A DNA stretch of 56,332 bases, from the NCBI RefSeq assembly GCF_001194135.2, contig NC_068996.1:14931750-14988081 (forward strand). Direction: 5' to 3'. The notes beneath the pieces were generated by a model, which was not told the origin of the DNA, made no database searches, and saw nothing but the letters and a program-made list of their open reading frames with translations. This document shows positions 37,944 through 51,003 of the stretch, one piece after another. This DNA is from Octopus bimaculoides (Eukaryota). Each line of letters starts with the position of its first letter. Positions within the stretch are counted from its first letter, which is position 1. The translations under genes were made by a program, and so were the position numbers.

Positions 37944-38156
37944 CTTCTATTTATAAATGTTCTAAGATATACACACCCTTGGTTATTTTATCTCATTACG
38001 AAAAGTAAATCCTTATATTCACACGCTGATATATAATCTACGTTGGACACTTTATTCGCATAATCACCGAACCTGGAGCTTAACTAGGGTCTATCCATAC
38101 CACTTACTTAACATTACGTGAAATTTCTGGGTCTAATTGACACCACTATCGCTCAT

Positions 38157-38196
<40 letters not shown>

Positions 38197-38307
38197 CTCT
38201 CTTGCTTGTTGCCAAACTGAGAGAGGCTCAACACATTCTATATCTTGATATTTTTCTGACCCTAATTCTTGATTCTAAGTTTTAATCCAGCCGAAGAAAA
38301 CATAAGT

Positions 38308-38432
38308 GGGCGCAGGTGTGGCTGTGATTTAAGAACTTTACTTCCCAACCACGCGGTTCCGGGTTCAGTCCCACTGCGTGACACTTTGGGCAATTATCAT
38401 TTACTACTATGTGAGACGGAAACTGAAAGAAG
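38308..38432 (+). mobile_element. SINE A half, internally deleted
   Basis: gggcgcaggtgtggctgtg..cccaaccacgcggttccgggttcagtcccactgcgtgacactttgggcaa..gacggaaactgaaagaag. Confidence 0.85.
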
Positions 38433-38435
38433 TTT

Positions 38436-39173
38436 GTCTGATTCCTAGACGCATTTCTAGCTGTTTACCCGTTTTCAATAGAAAATACCGAAGAGGGGTA
38501 ACTCTGGGTAGATTTTCAAAACCGTAGAAGCCGTAGCTTTAGCTAAAAAAAACAGTCAACAACAACAATGACTGAGTTGTGCAATTGGACCGCTTGTATC
38601 AACGTTAATCAGTGGTTATACATAAACGAACTTCAAGTAAGTTAAAATATGTTTGTGTCATATTTCAACTTCTAAAGTCAAATTCACTGCAGTTACCTTG
38701 GGAAAATTTCTTTTTTATGGTTAAAAGGTGTAAAAATACCATATCTGTCCAATGCTGCCGCCTGTCGTATTCGGAAACGTATGCCTACTTTAGCCGTTAT
38801 CAATGAGAAATACCGAAGAGAGGTAAATCTGGACAGATTTTAAAGCCGCAGTTTTAACTAAAATATGTTCAACAACATTGACTGAGTTGCACTATTATAC
38901 TTCCAGGACGGAAGAAATTAAGCAGTATAAGCGATGTTTAAGTATAAGCGAACTTTAGAGTAGCTAAAATATGTTTGTCATATTTCAACTTCTAAAGGCA
39001 AATTTGCTGCAGTCACCGGGGAGAAAAAATTCTCGCACGTTGAGAAATACGGAGGAGGACTGTGTTTTAGTTAAAGCTATGGTTTTAAATCTGCCAAGAA
39101 TTACATATCTGTGGAATTTTCTTTAGATGACAGCTAAAGAGCTAGTAATGAGTCTAGGAATCTGACAGTGGGG
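38436..39173. mobile_element. Non-autonomous DNA element with ~100-bp TIRs and an internal direct duplication
   Basis: 38436-38545 is the reverse complement of 39065-39166; 38470-38710 is repeated at 38795-39030. Confidence 0.75.
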
Positions 39174-39340
39174 AGCAATGGGCAAGTTGATGTTTTTGCA
39201 CCTTTTTATCATAAGAGAGACTTTTTTCCTCCACCGTAGGTGCAGTGAATTTGCCTTTAGAAGTTAAAATATATCACGAACATTTTATCTAACTTAAACT
39301 TTGCTTTTATAAATATATATATACATACACATATATACAT

Positions 39341-39400
<60 letters not shown>

Positions 39401-39779
39401 GTATATATNNNNNNNNNNNNNNNNNNNNNNNNNNNNNNNNNNNNNNNNNNNNNNNNNNNNNNNNNNNNNNNNNNNNNNNNNNNNNNNNNNNNNNNNNNNN
39501 NNNNNNNNNNNNNNNNNNNNNNNNNNNNNNNNNNNNNNNNNNNNNNNNNNNNNNNNNNNNNNNNNNNNNNNNNNNNNNNNNNNNNNNNNNNNNNNNNNNN
39601 NNNNNNNNNNNNNNNNNNNNNNNNNNNNNNNNNNNNNNNNNNNNNNNNNNNNNNNNNNNNNNNNNNNNNNNNNNNNNNNNNNNNNNNNNNNNNNNNNNNN
39701 NNNNNNNNNNNNNNNNNNNNNNNNNNNNNNNNNNNNNNNNNNNNNNNNNNNNNNNNNNNNNNNNNNNNNNNNNNNNNNN

Positions 39780-39812
<33 letters not shown>

Positions 39813-40606
39813 ATGCAAGCGTGCAAACAAAAACATTCACACTCACGCACACATTCCCTTAAAGTTAAAAGACTTTAAGTAAATAAAATTGAAACTAGGA
39901 GACGTCTCCGTCCCTATGGCTGATACACAAAATTTCGTTTAATGATGGTGGTAGATTTCCGTCGTTTAACGATGAGTATTCTGTTGTTTGATCGATTGAA
40001 TCGACTGCTCCAAGCGGAGATATCAGAGATATCAGTACACATTCCAAGGTACAAACCGCGTAGACTCCATAGTTCTATAGGTACCGTTCATCAAATGGAC
40101 TGTTCCTGTAATCTATGTAATGTCTTTCTAGCTAATTTCACAAACGTTTTATGAGTCGAACCGAAACCACTGAAAATTACATTAGCCCAGTACTATACTG
40201 AGCGGGATCGAATCGGACAATCTCGTTGCCACGAAACGAACTTCTCGACTAATCGGCCTTACTGTGCCTATTTCAGAGTATGTATTATACATACATACAC
40301 AAATACGTACACTCACGCAACATATATATATATATATATATGTGGGGGGGGGTGTATATGTGTATGCATGTACATACATATATATATAATGCTATACGTT
40401 CTTTTCCCTCTCGTAAAAACCATTAAAATTTGATATTAATTCACCAGGAATTGTAAATCAATATACGTTGTTTTTAAAATGGCTATATACAATAATGCTG
40501 TAATTAATATTGATCAGTGGCTCCCTTAGATATACTTGAGCTTCCATTTAAAACAAAAATACAATACGGAACAACAACCAAAAAGATATACAGAGAGATA
40601 AAGGGT

Positions 40607-40678
<72 letters not shown>

Positions 40679-41704
40679 GGTGGTGAAGTAAACGGTTTTG
40701 CCAACATTAAAATGTGGAAAGAAACATATACAAAAACAAATGTATAAAAATTAAAATAATGATGATAATACAATGCGATCGTTCACTTCAGTTGACCTTT
40801 AATAAGAATGCCTCGTTAATTATTGATAGTTTGTTAATGATCCGATAACAAGCAAGATTTTGATTGACTATTAAGATAACACCAAAATAATAATAATAAT
40901 GATAATAATAGTAATAATAATAAGTAAATAAATAAATAAATAAGAATAGAAATTTAGCAAAATGATTTTTAAATATACAACGCAAATGATGTGAAAACTA
41001 CCACAGTAAACGTTGCTGAAATATATATATATATAACCAGGACGTATTTGTGTGTGTTGTGTTATGATCAATAATCTGTTTCAATTCCTCTACTTCGCTT
41101 TTGTTTTTACTTCATATTTCGCTCTCTTCTGCGGCTCCCCTTATACCCCCTCCTATACATTTTCTCCTATGTTTTTTCAACGTTATGTGATACAATAATA
41201 CTTTTGTATATAAACACAGGACACCCAAATATTTCAAGAAATACGTAATAGCAAGTGAATCGATTCTGTTACAATCTGATTCGGCTGGGATTACATACTT
41301 GTTTTATTTCATTCTCTTACACTTCTTGAAGAAATAATAAAATAGAATAGTTTTGCCCGGTAGTCTATCCTATTTGCATCTTACTACACACAACAATTTT
41401 TTTTTAAAAAAGGTATTCTATTTACCGCTTTTTATTCCTCTTCCCATCCGCATAAAAACTGTCATGTGTCTATGCAATCGATACTATTAAATTGATTTCC
41501 TGCACAGATACTTGTCCACTAATTTTTATAGGGAGAGGCGGAGAAGATGGAAGGGTACTTATCTTATCAACTCTGGAAGAATGAAGAGAGTATTAATGAA
41601 TTTTAATCGCCTGTTTGTTCAGTTGTGTGCACTTTCTACGATAAACTATCTCACTTACGTGTACTGAAATCATACTGCCAAAGTCTATCTGTGTCTATCT
41701 ATAA

Positions 41705-41990
41705 CAGTAGTTCTCAACCATTTTTGATCTATGGACCTCTTTGATCACTATTTTATTCCGATGCCCCACCTCTCCTATAGCCATTCGAATTTTAAAATCT
41801 AGTTTATAGAAACTTCTTTCAAAATTCCTATTTTGTTTTTTAACACATCAACGTGTGCATGTTGAACTATGTAAAACACTGGAGAAAGAAACCTAGTTAT
41901 TTCTTACAGTACATACCAATAAATACGTCTGAAACAACATTTTTTCAGGGTCACTTAAAATAGCTTTGTAGATCCCCCAATTTAGTATTT
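41705..41990. mobile_element. hAT-type MITE fragment (CAGTGGTTCTCAACC-like end)
   Basis: cagtagttctcaaccatt..ggacctctttgatcactattttattcc; homologous to 42170-42325 and to the reverse of 44570-44628. Confidence 0.6.
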
Positions 41991-42169
41991 CGTTGCAAGA
42001 ATAAATAAAAAATCTTATATTACATAATACCTGTGATTTTTTTTTCTTTAATGCCAGTCTGTCCAGTGTGCAACAACGATGTGCGATGGGGTATGGACTT
42101 GCTAAGTTAAAAACCTGCCGATTTCAATGAGATCGTCTTAGCTCTTGTCACTTCTTCGTATTTCTTTAC

Positions 42170-42325
42170 AGCAGGAATTCTGAACCATTTTCTTTTATCT
42201 CTGGACCCTTTTGATTTCTATTTTATTCCAGTAAAATTCCACAACCATTCAATATTTTATAGAAATTTCTTTCAAAATTCCTGTTTAGTTTTTCACACAT
42301 AAAATTGTGTAGGTTGAACTAGGCG
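42170..42325. mobile_element. Second copy of the hAT-type MITE end
   Basis: gaattctgaaccattttc..ggacccttttgatttctattttattcc..ttttatagaaatttctttcaaaattcct..gttgaact, collinear with 41705-41870. Confidence 0.55.
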
Positions 42326-42477
42326 GGTGGAGGGTTGTGTTCTATGCTTTGACCCGAGCATAGAACGGGGCTCGTCTCTTTGAGCTGGGAAATGAATGGA
42401 ATGCCTGGTGAGTGTTTTGTTGTGGTTACTCCTCCTAAAAAAATGGGGAATAGGCCTGGGTGTATATATATATATAT

Positions 42478-42596
<119 letters not shown>

Positions 42597-43936
42597 AAAA
42601 AATGTGAAAGATAATTTGGCTGACCCATCCAGAGAATGTGTTAGAAATCTGTATCCAATTTGAACAGGACTCTCTAGACTTTCATCATTCCTGTGTGCCA
42701 GTGTAAAACTACTCGTTCTAAAATTGCTCATGAGTAATGTTTGATTTGATGTGGTAACGAACACACCACCTCCTCGCAATGATGATTTGAATAACACTTT
42801 TACCTTGTACCTTTGTTTGAGACGTTTACATGTTTATAGACTATCTTTCAGGAGCCCCACGTAGTCGCAGACCATCTCCCTAACGGTATTGATAGCATTT
42901 TTCTATTTTTATTATATTTTTTTCCTAGCTATATTCTAATCTGCAATTTCTGTGCACTATGAGGCTTTTCTCTATACTTATTACTTGATTTTACTGGGTG
43001 TTTTGTATATTTTGGAGGATCCTGTTCGTGTTTCTAACTCTCTCTACCTATTCATTTTCACTTCCCATCTATCCATGGTTACAAGACGATAGATTAGCGC
43101 TGCCAGTTATGACCGGAGAAGGGATCCCTTAGATTTCTTACATCCTCTTGGAACCGAAATGAGTAATATCTTTCGATGCTCTCGGTATTGTACCTAATCG
43201 TTTACGAAGTATATCAGCGTCTGTGATATGCTGTTGCTGTCTTTTATCTTATCTATTTATTTACTAATTAACTTTTTTCAGCTCTTTTGGGCTATACGTG
43301 TCATAGCTGACAATTCTGCCCTGAACTACATGTGAATTTTTTTTATCAATGTTGTCTACAACGCCCATGTCTGCGGTCATTTTGTGGTGGTGTGTGGTTA
43401 CGAATGATAATATAAACATGGAAACTACATTCGACAACATATTGCTAAAAGTCACATCAACGCTGAGCACAACCTCTTGCTTTGATACGAACATAACTAC
43501 AACCTTGAGTCAACATTGGCATCGATGTCATTTACTGTGATTCACATACTTTGTCTTGTTTCATCTCGAATTCTTTGGGATTAGTCTACGAGTACTAACG
43601 TCGCTTGCTCTTCGCCCCACCCTCCTGATAACGCAAGAGATCTCACCCCATTGCGTTCGCCGTTCTTTGAAGACACAAAGAAACGTGTCTATAACCAAAG
43701 GTAACTTATCATCCTACTTCTTCGTGTCTGTAACGGATTCACGTAGAAAGGCACTCGTTTACGAGCATAATGCTGCCATGGTGTCTTTTTTTTCATCTTC
43801 TGCAAATCACATTTGCAGAAGAAGGTGCTTAGCTTCAAGCCCAAAATGTCTGTAATTAAAAAATTCAAATTTACTTCTGTTCAACGGGGATTCATTTTAT
43901 GAGACAGTGTTGATTGTTGTTGCTGTGGTTGATGTA

Positions 43937-44273
43937 TAGAGTGGTCCAAAAGTCTTGTCACCCTCTACCGAAAAGTACTGAGAACAATAGAGGAGCAATC
44001 TAATAATATCAAACACGTGTACTAGTTTTTGTATATTCACTTTCACTGACACTGTCACACGTCGAGAAGGTCTGTGAACACCACCATTTTCGTGGCACAA
44101 AGTGAGGCGGTGCCATGTCCTGTGTGATATTTTACGAAACTGTTGGTCTTCATACAGACCTTCCCGAGGTATGTCAATGAAAGTGAATATTCTAAAACCA
44201 GTACATGTGTTTGATATTATATTGTTCTTATTACTTTTCAGTAGGGGATAACAAAGACTATCCGACCACCCTG
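43937..44273. mobile_element. Tc1/mariner-type MITE, 337 bp, TA-flanked, ~125-bp TIRs
   Basis: Ends ta|tagagtggtcc and gaccaccctg|ta. The arms share gaaaagta..agaacaata, taatatcaaacac.tgtact.gtttt, atattcactttca.tgaca and gaaggtctgt. Confidence 0.8.
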
Positions 44274-44397
44274 TAGGTGGCGGCGGTTAACATGATGTTG
44301 TTGTTTTAGTGAACTTCTTGCGAAAACTGTTCTCGATACCATTTGCTTCGAATGTCAATGCGCTCTCTTTCCGAAATCTATGTATCTTACCTTAGTT

Positions 44398-44628
44398 CTG
44401 TGGTTCACAACCAGGGTCCAAATGACCATAGTGGGTCCATTTAAGATTTTGTTATTAAAATTTACGTGCAATAAACTGGTTATACTTCTACAAGACGACA
44501 AAATATTCTAACAATTTTTAAACATAATTCCTAATAATATTTATTTATAAAAGTACAATAGGGGATCCACCGAAGTAAAATAGGAACCAAAGGGGTACAT
44601 GGGTAATAGCAATGGTTGAGAATCACTG
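44398..44628. mobile_element. hAT-type MITE, 231 bp
   Basis: TIRs ctgtggttcacaacc / ggttgagaatcactg; the 8-bp flanks ccttagtt / atttagta are only partly alike. Confidence 0.65.
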
Positions 44629-44955
44629 ATTTAGTATGTTCTTCTTAAGATATTTTGTTTTATTTTTTAGTGTTTAAAATCCGTGAAGACGTGTTCATCG
44701 TCAATATGTTTTGGTAGGCGTGCCGAGCCCCTGAATTATACATGTATGGTTAAGAAAACAAAATGCTACTTAAAAAGCAAACAATAAAAAAAAAACTTTA
44801 TTATTTCGTTTCGAGCCTCAATAGACAATGTTCCAAATGTTGAAATACATTTCGTGTGAAAATAAATTCGAAAAATTCGTTTTCCATCGTAGTTTAAACT
44901 TGTTAGAATGTAGATCCTCTAAGAGCGTGGTCAAAAACACGTCTGAACAGTAAAA

Positions 44956-44990
<35 letters not shown>

Positions 44991-45309
44991 CAACAACAGC
45001 AACAATATATTCGTAATAAAAGTTCATTTGTAATTAATTCCATTTTACTGCTCTACCAAAAGTCACCGCCTTAATTGTTTCGCATACATAACCTTTCTTT
45101 TACGGTTCACTGATGCTTCTATTCCACACCCAGATATACATGCTCAAGCAATAACTGGGGGTTTACATGCAAATTTCAGTCTGTGCCTAGAGGAAAGAAA
45201 TGAACAATAAAACAAACAGAAAACGAATAAACAACTAAAATATGCGCTGTTTAAGAGATGGGAATAGAAAAAAAAAATCAGGAGAAAAAATAAATAAACG
45301 ATAACAACA

Positions 45310-45736
45310 ATCCCTTCAACTGTAGGCACATGGCATGAAATGTTTGGTGGGAGGGGACTTTCCGATTACAACGAGACCCCAGTACTTGAATGATATTTAT
45401 TTCATCGACCCCAAAAAGATAAAAGACAGAATTCGAACTCAGAATGTAAGGAACCGAGCGAAATGATGCTAAGCACTTTGTCGACGTGCTAACGCATCTG
45501 CCAGCTCGTTGCCTTAACAATAATAATCCATTCTACTATAGGCACAAAGCCTGCAATTTGAGGGGCGGGGGATAGTCGCTCACATCGACCCCAGTGTTTC
45601 ACAGGTACTTATTTTATCAACCCTGAAAGGATAAAAGGCAAAGTCGACCTCGGCGGAATTTGGACTCAGAACGTAGCGGCAGACGAAATACCGCTAAGCA
45701 TTTTGCCCAGGGTGCTAACGGTTCTATCAGCTCGCC
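45310..45736 (-). mobile_element. Two head-to-tail family C SINEs
   Basis: 45310-45515 and 45516-45736, each with aggcaca..atcgacccc..gaactcagaa..gctaagca..gctaacg..cagctcg. Confidence 0.8.
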
Positions 45737-45910
45737 AATACTGATAATGATCCTCGTAATGATGTTAGATGATAATTATGATGATGAAGAGGACGACGGC
45801 GATGATGATGATGAATACTTCTAATAGTAGCCACAGACACATGAAATGAGTGGACATTACAAGAAGACTTTACTATTTTTGTGGTCATGAGGTGGATTTA
45901 CATAATAATC

Positions 45911-46214
45911 TTATTGTTGGCACTCCGTCGCTTACGACGTCGAGGGTTCCAGTTGATCCGATCAACGGAACAGCCTGCTCGTGAAATTAACTTGCAAGTG
46001 GCTGAGCACTCCACAGACACGTGTACCCTTAACGTAGTTCTCGGGGACATTCAGCGTGACACAGAGTGTGACAAGGCTGGCCCTTTGAATTACAGGCACA
46101 ACAGAAACAGGAAGTAAGAGTGAGAGAAAGTTGTGGTGAAAGAGTACAGCAGGGTTCGCCACCATCCCCTGCCGGAGCCTCGTGGAGCTTTAGGTGTTTT
46201 CGCTCAATAAACAC
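45911..46214 (-). mobile_element. Family E SINE, head lost in gap
   Basis: Reverse complement of ~28495-28790. Confidence 0.9.
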
Positions 46215-46450
46215 NNNNNNNNNNNNNNNNNNNNNNNNNNNNNNNNNNNNNNNNNNNNNNNNNNNNNNNNNNNNNNNNNNNNNNNNNNNNNNNNNNNNNN
46301 NNNNNNNNNNNNNNNNNNNNNNNNNNNNNNNNNNNNNNNNNNNNNNNNNNNNNNNNNNNNNNNNNNNNNNNNNNNNNNNNNNNNNNNNNNNNNNNNNNNN
46401 NNNNNNNNNNNNNNNNNTATATATATATATATATATATTGTGTGTAATGA

Positions 46451-46791
46451 AGGCGTATGGCTCAGTGATTAGTGTCGGTGTCAAAATCATGAGGAAGTGA
46501 GTTCGATTACAGGACCGGGCAATATTTTGCGTTCTTGAGCAAGACACTTTATTTCACGTTTCTCTAGTTCACTCAGCTGTAGAAATGAGTTGTAATGTCA
46601 CTGGTGCCAAGTTGTATCGGCCTTTGCCTTTCCTTTGGATAATATTGGTGCCTTGGAGAGAGGAGGCTGGTATGCGTCGGCTACTGCTGATCTTCCATAA
46701 ACAATCTTGCCCGGACTTGTTCCTCGGAAGAGAACTTTCTAGGTGCAGTCACACGGTCACTCATGACCAAGGGGGAAGATTTACCCTTTAC
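46451..46791 (+). mobile_element. tRNA-headed SINE, family F
   Basis: A box tggctcagtgattag, B box gagttcgattac; cttgagcaagacactttatttcacg..gttcactcagctgtagaaatgag; full-length match to 7946-8275. Confidence 0.82.
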
Positions 46792-47102
46792 AATTTATAT
46801 ATAGTATAACAAAATACATTGATGCAGTCCTTCTGATACTGGAAGGATTCTACGTAGGTAAGGGTCTATCACGAACCCGCACAAATTCAATTTCACTCTG
46901 ACGAATAAGGGTGCAAACAGTCGCCCGACTCTCATAGTGAATTTCATATGCACACGCTGATAAACGTCCATTCATCCAAACAGTTTTTGCTACAGTTACC
47001 TTCGTTTCCGCAGTTTCACTGATAGAAGATAATTCCCTCTTCTCGCAATATAATTTCTTTAGTTGATACACTGTCCGAAAGTAGAAACTATACAACTTTG
47101 CC

Positions 47103-47791
47103 ATACATTGTAATATAATTATGTTTTCTACAAAAGGCTCAAGGCTTGAAATGTTGGGGGTAAGGGAGGTAAATCGATTACATCGACTCCAGTGTTCAAC
47201 TGGTAATTATTGTTTCATCGATCCTGATTGGATGAAAGGCAAAGTCGACTTGGGTGGAACTTTAACTAAGAACGTAGACGAACGAAATGCTGCAAAGCAT
47301 TGTGTCGGTCGTGCTAACGACTCTGCCAGCTCGCTACTCAATACATTGTAGTATCATGGACATTTCTACTTTAGGCACAAAGCCTGGAAATTTGGGGGAG
47401 GTGGATAATCAATTACATCAACCCAGTGCGTAATTGGTACTTAATTTGTTGAGCCCGTAAGGATGGAAGGCAAAGTGGACTTCGGCAGAATTTGAACTCA
47501 TAACTTAAAGATGGACGAAATGCCGCTAAGCATTTTATCCAGCGTTCCACCTCGCTGCTCTATACATTGTAGTCTAATAATCCTTTCTGCCATAGGCACA
47601 AGGCCTAAAATTTGCGTGGTGAAGACCTGTCGATTACGCACTGGTGCGTAACTGGTACTTAATTTATGGACCCCGAAAAGATGAAAGGCAAAGTCGACCC
47701 CGGCGGCATTTGAACTCAGAACGTGAAATCAGACGAAATACCGCTAAGCATTTCGCCCTGCGTGCTAATGATTCTGCCAGCTCACCGCCTT
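47103..47791 (-). mobile_element. Three tandem family C SINEs
   Basis: Units start at 47103, 47341 and 47562; each carries gaaaggcaaagtcgac..gaactca..gacgaaat..gctaa. Confidence 0.85.
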
Positions 47792-48312
47792 AATTATAGT
47801 GTAATAGTATCTAACAACAAAACAGGGACAAATATTTTCAGAAAGGAAACCGTCGGTTTTATTCAATCGTAGTACTATGCGATTAATGCCATGGAGATGA
47901 AAGTCCAACTCGACGTTTGACAATATTTGAAAACATTGCTTGCTGTTTTTACCGTACTTGTCTTCTTGTCAGAAAACATTTCATTACATATTATATCTAA
48001 GAGTGTGTTTCAATATTCTAACTGTAATCGATGCAATTAATACGAAATCATCACTTATCAGTGGTGTGTTTTATTTTATGAAATCAAGAAGTCATTGAAT
48101 TTCATCATATAACTTTACTGCGGGTTCAGATACGCTGAAGGTAAGAAAATCTGCTTGTGAAATTGAATTATACAAACTGATACGAAACCATGTTGAACGT
48201 GAAACAGTAAACGTTACTTCAAAATATAGATGTATCTACACTGAAAACTGGACAAAAGCTCCCTAGGACAAAATCTCCCGACAATAGCCCCTCAGTTCCA
48301 ACTGAATATCAC

Positions 48313-48963
48313 CCAACTACGGACACCAAAGGAAAAAGTTAATGAAAACACGATTCCGTTCATTAACACATACAGTCCTGGAATAACTAACATATTCCAC
48401 GTCATAAAATCGAACTTGCCTATACTCCTTCAAAGCCCTAAGATAAAAACTCTGATTGAAAAAAACACCTTACGGAATAGCCGACGTCAACAAAAAACCT
48501 TAAAAAACACCTGACAAGGGCAGAATTCGGATCAGAGACTAAACCAGAATTCATAGTAAAAGAATGTGGTGATAGGAGATGTGGAACGTGTAACAATGCC
48601 AACAACTACAAATACATAGAAAGTGGTTCCCACATAAAATTCAAAAACGGATCTATTTTTAAAATAAATGCAGATATGAACTGCAAAACACAAAATCTCA
48701 TATACTGCATCACCTGTCCAAACTGTAAAGAAAATTGCATTGGCGAAACGAATAACTCACTCTGTCAACGTGCAAGAATCCACAGGCAACATATCCGACA
48801 AGAAGAACTAAGAATGATTTCATTGAGTAAACATCTGGAAATATGCGGAGACGGAAAGTTCAAAATCTTTCCCTTTTATAAATGTACACGGGACGATCCT
48901 CAATACCGAAAGGCAATGGAACTACTCTTCATAAAAAAATGTTCCCCAAAGTTAAATGTTTGA
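48313..48963 (+). pseudogene. Penelope-like element ORF 3' end: Cys-rich linker plus GIY-YIG endonuclease, one frameshift
   Basis: IPFINTYSP..SRRQ[fs ~48495]KNLKKHLTRA..KECGDRRCGTC..MNCKTQNLIYCITCPNCKENCIGETNNSLCQRARIH..SKHL..RKAMELLFIKKCSPKLN*. Confidence 0.92.
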
Positions 48964-50082
48964 AAGAGAAAAAAGAAAAACAAGTAATACGCTTTGTATG
49001 TATATATGTGTGATATGATATTTTTACTAATTGATTTTACTAAATCGATTTTTCAAATTTACAAATATTATACTAATATACTCTCATGCAGAACTACACC
49101 TTACCAAAAATAAATAAATAAATGAATGTATGACAGGAATATATTCTAAATAGGACTCAAAGTGTATATAAAAAGAAAGGACAAAGAATATAAAAGGAAA
49201 GAACTAAAAGCAAAGAAAAAACAGGAAGACATTTTTTGTTTTCTTTATATTTTCTATTTATTATTCTCTATTTTTTCTTCTCTCTTTCTTCTTTTCTTCC
49301 TTCTTCTACCATCCCTTGAAACCCTCTCAAAACAATACAGTAAGTAGTAAAGAAGCTTTCAACTTTTTTTTTTGACACTCCTTAAAAAGACCATTTCAAT
49401 ACAATGACCCTTCTCTCTCTCTTTTACCACATCCATCTCTCTATCTGTCTGACTATCAGTCTATCTATCTCTCTATCTGCCTGTCTATATATCTATCTGC
49501 TTATACATCTTNNNNNNNNNNNNNNNNNNNNNNNNNNNNNNNNNNNNNNNNNNNNNNNNNNNNNNNNNNNNNNNNNNNNNNNNNNNNNNNNNNNNNNNNN
49601 NNNNNNNNNNNNNNNNNNNNNNNNNNNNNNNNNNNNNNNNNNNNNNNNNNNNNNNNNNNNNNNNNNNNNNNNNNNNNNNNNNNNNNNNNNNNNNNNNNNN
49701 NNNNNNNNNNNNNNNNNNNNNNNNNNNNNNNNNNNNNNNNNNNNNNNNNNNNNNNNNNNNNNNNNNNNNNNNNNNNNNNNNNNNNNNNNNNNNNNNNNNN
49801 NNNNNNNNNNNNNNNNNNNNNNNNNNNNNNNNNNNNNNNNNNNNNNNNNNNNNNNNNNNNNNNNNNNNNNNNNNNNNNNNNNNNNNNNNNNNNNNNNNNN
49901 NNNNNNNNNNNNNNNNNNNNNNNNNNNNNNNNNNNNNNNNNNNNNNNNNNNNNNNNNNNNNNNNNNNNNNNNNNNNNNNNNNNNNNNNNNNNNNNNNNNN
50001 NNNNNNNNNNNNNNNNNNNNNNNNNNNAAACACAGACACACAAACACACATACTTATATACACACACACGCATACATATATA

Positions 50083-50231
50083 TACGTCGGGCTTCTTTCA
50101 GTTTCCGTCTACCAAATCCACTCACAAGGCTTTGGTCAGTCCAAGGCTATAGTAGGAGACACTTGCCCAAGGTGCCACGCAGTGGGACTGAACCCGGAAC
50201 CATGTGGTCGGTAAGCAAGCTACTTCCACAG
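50083..50231 (-). mobile_element. SINE A half, little diverged
   Basis: cgtcgggcttctttcagtttccgtctaccaaatccactcacaaggctttggtc..cacttgcccaaggtgccacgcagtgggactgaacccggaaccatgtgg. Confidence 0.9.
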
Positions 50232-50292
50232 TATCGATTTTTAGAATTTTGTAAATGATATTTTATAAGCTTAAAGCTTATTAGCGATCACC

Positions 50293-50594
50293 GTATAATG
50301 GCTAAAGGAAATCTAATATTGGGGCATATAAGACTTCGACGAAAAAAACAAGTAGGGTTTCCTAAACGCATGGAACTCGAACAAACTGGTCTTTTTTTTT
50401 CGCGACAAGTGTGTTACCATTACACCAAAGTAACCATCGCTTCATTCCGTCAGATTTAGGAACTGTAACTAGTTCACAGTGTTGCTTTTGTAAACAAACG
50501 TCGTGCGCGCTTTTTTTGTGGACAGGAAACCCTACTTTTTTTTTCCGTCGATGGCTTATATATCCCAATATTAGACTATATTTAGTCATTACAC
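50293..50594. mobile_element. Unclassified MITE-like element with ~70-bp inverted arms
   Basis: 50293-50363 is the reverse complement of 50524-50594 (tctaatattggg..atataag..tcgacg.aaaaaaa.aagtagggtttcct). Confidence 0.75.
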
Positions 50595-50689
50595 AAAGAT
50601 CTCTTAGTAGCTTTAAAATTATAAAATATTATTATTATCGTTTACAGAATTATAAATATCGACACTGCTTACCAAAATCTATCGCAGAG

Positions 50690-50862
50690 AGGGGCCAACT
50701 GATTACATCGACCCAGTGTTCATCTGGTACTTAATTTCATGGCGCTAAAGACATGAAAGGCAAAGTTGATCTCAGCGAAATTTGAACTCAGAACGTAAAG
50801 ACGGATCAATTACTGCTAAGCACTTTTCCTGTGTGCTAATGACCCCGCTGGCTCGCCGTCTT
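50690..50862 (-). mobile_element. Family C SINE
   Basis: gattacatcgacccagtg..ggtactta..gaaaggcaaagttgatctcagcgaaatttgaactcagaacgtaaag..gctcgccgtctt. Confidence 0.82.
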
Positions 50863-51003
50863 GAACATGACAAAATGAAAAAGCATTTTACGCAGGCATT
50901 TTCACCGCAGTTTGCCTTTAAACGTGTTAGATATGTCCCTAACATTTTAGAACTGGTCGAAATGTTTCTTTTATAATATTGATTCCCTCACTACCCTTCC
51001 ATA

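Noticed and set aside
42600-43260. Possible decayed coding relic on the minus strand (...GIPSPVITGSANL..., ...SLRGGGVFV...)
   Set aside because: Multiple stops and no motif order I can assign to a family; BLASTx is needed.
47103-47791. Regularly spaced repeats resembling a CRISPR array
   Set aside because: The units are ~230-bp diverged eukaryotic SINEs with no repeat-spacer structure or cas genes.
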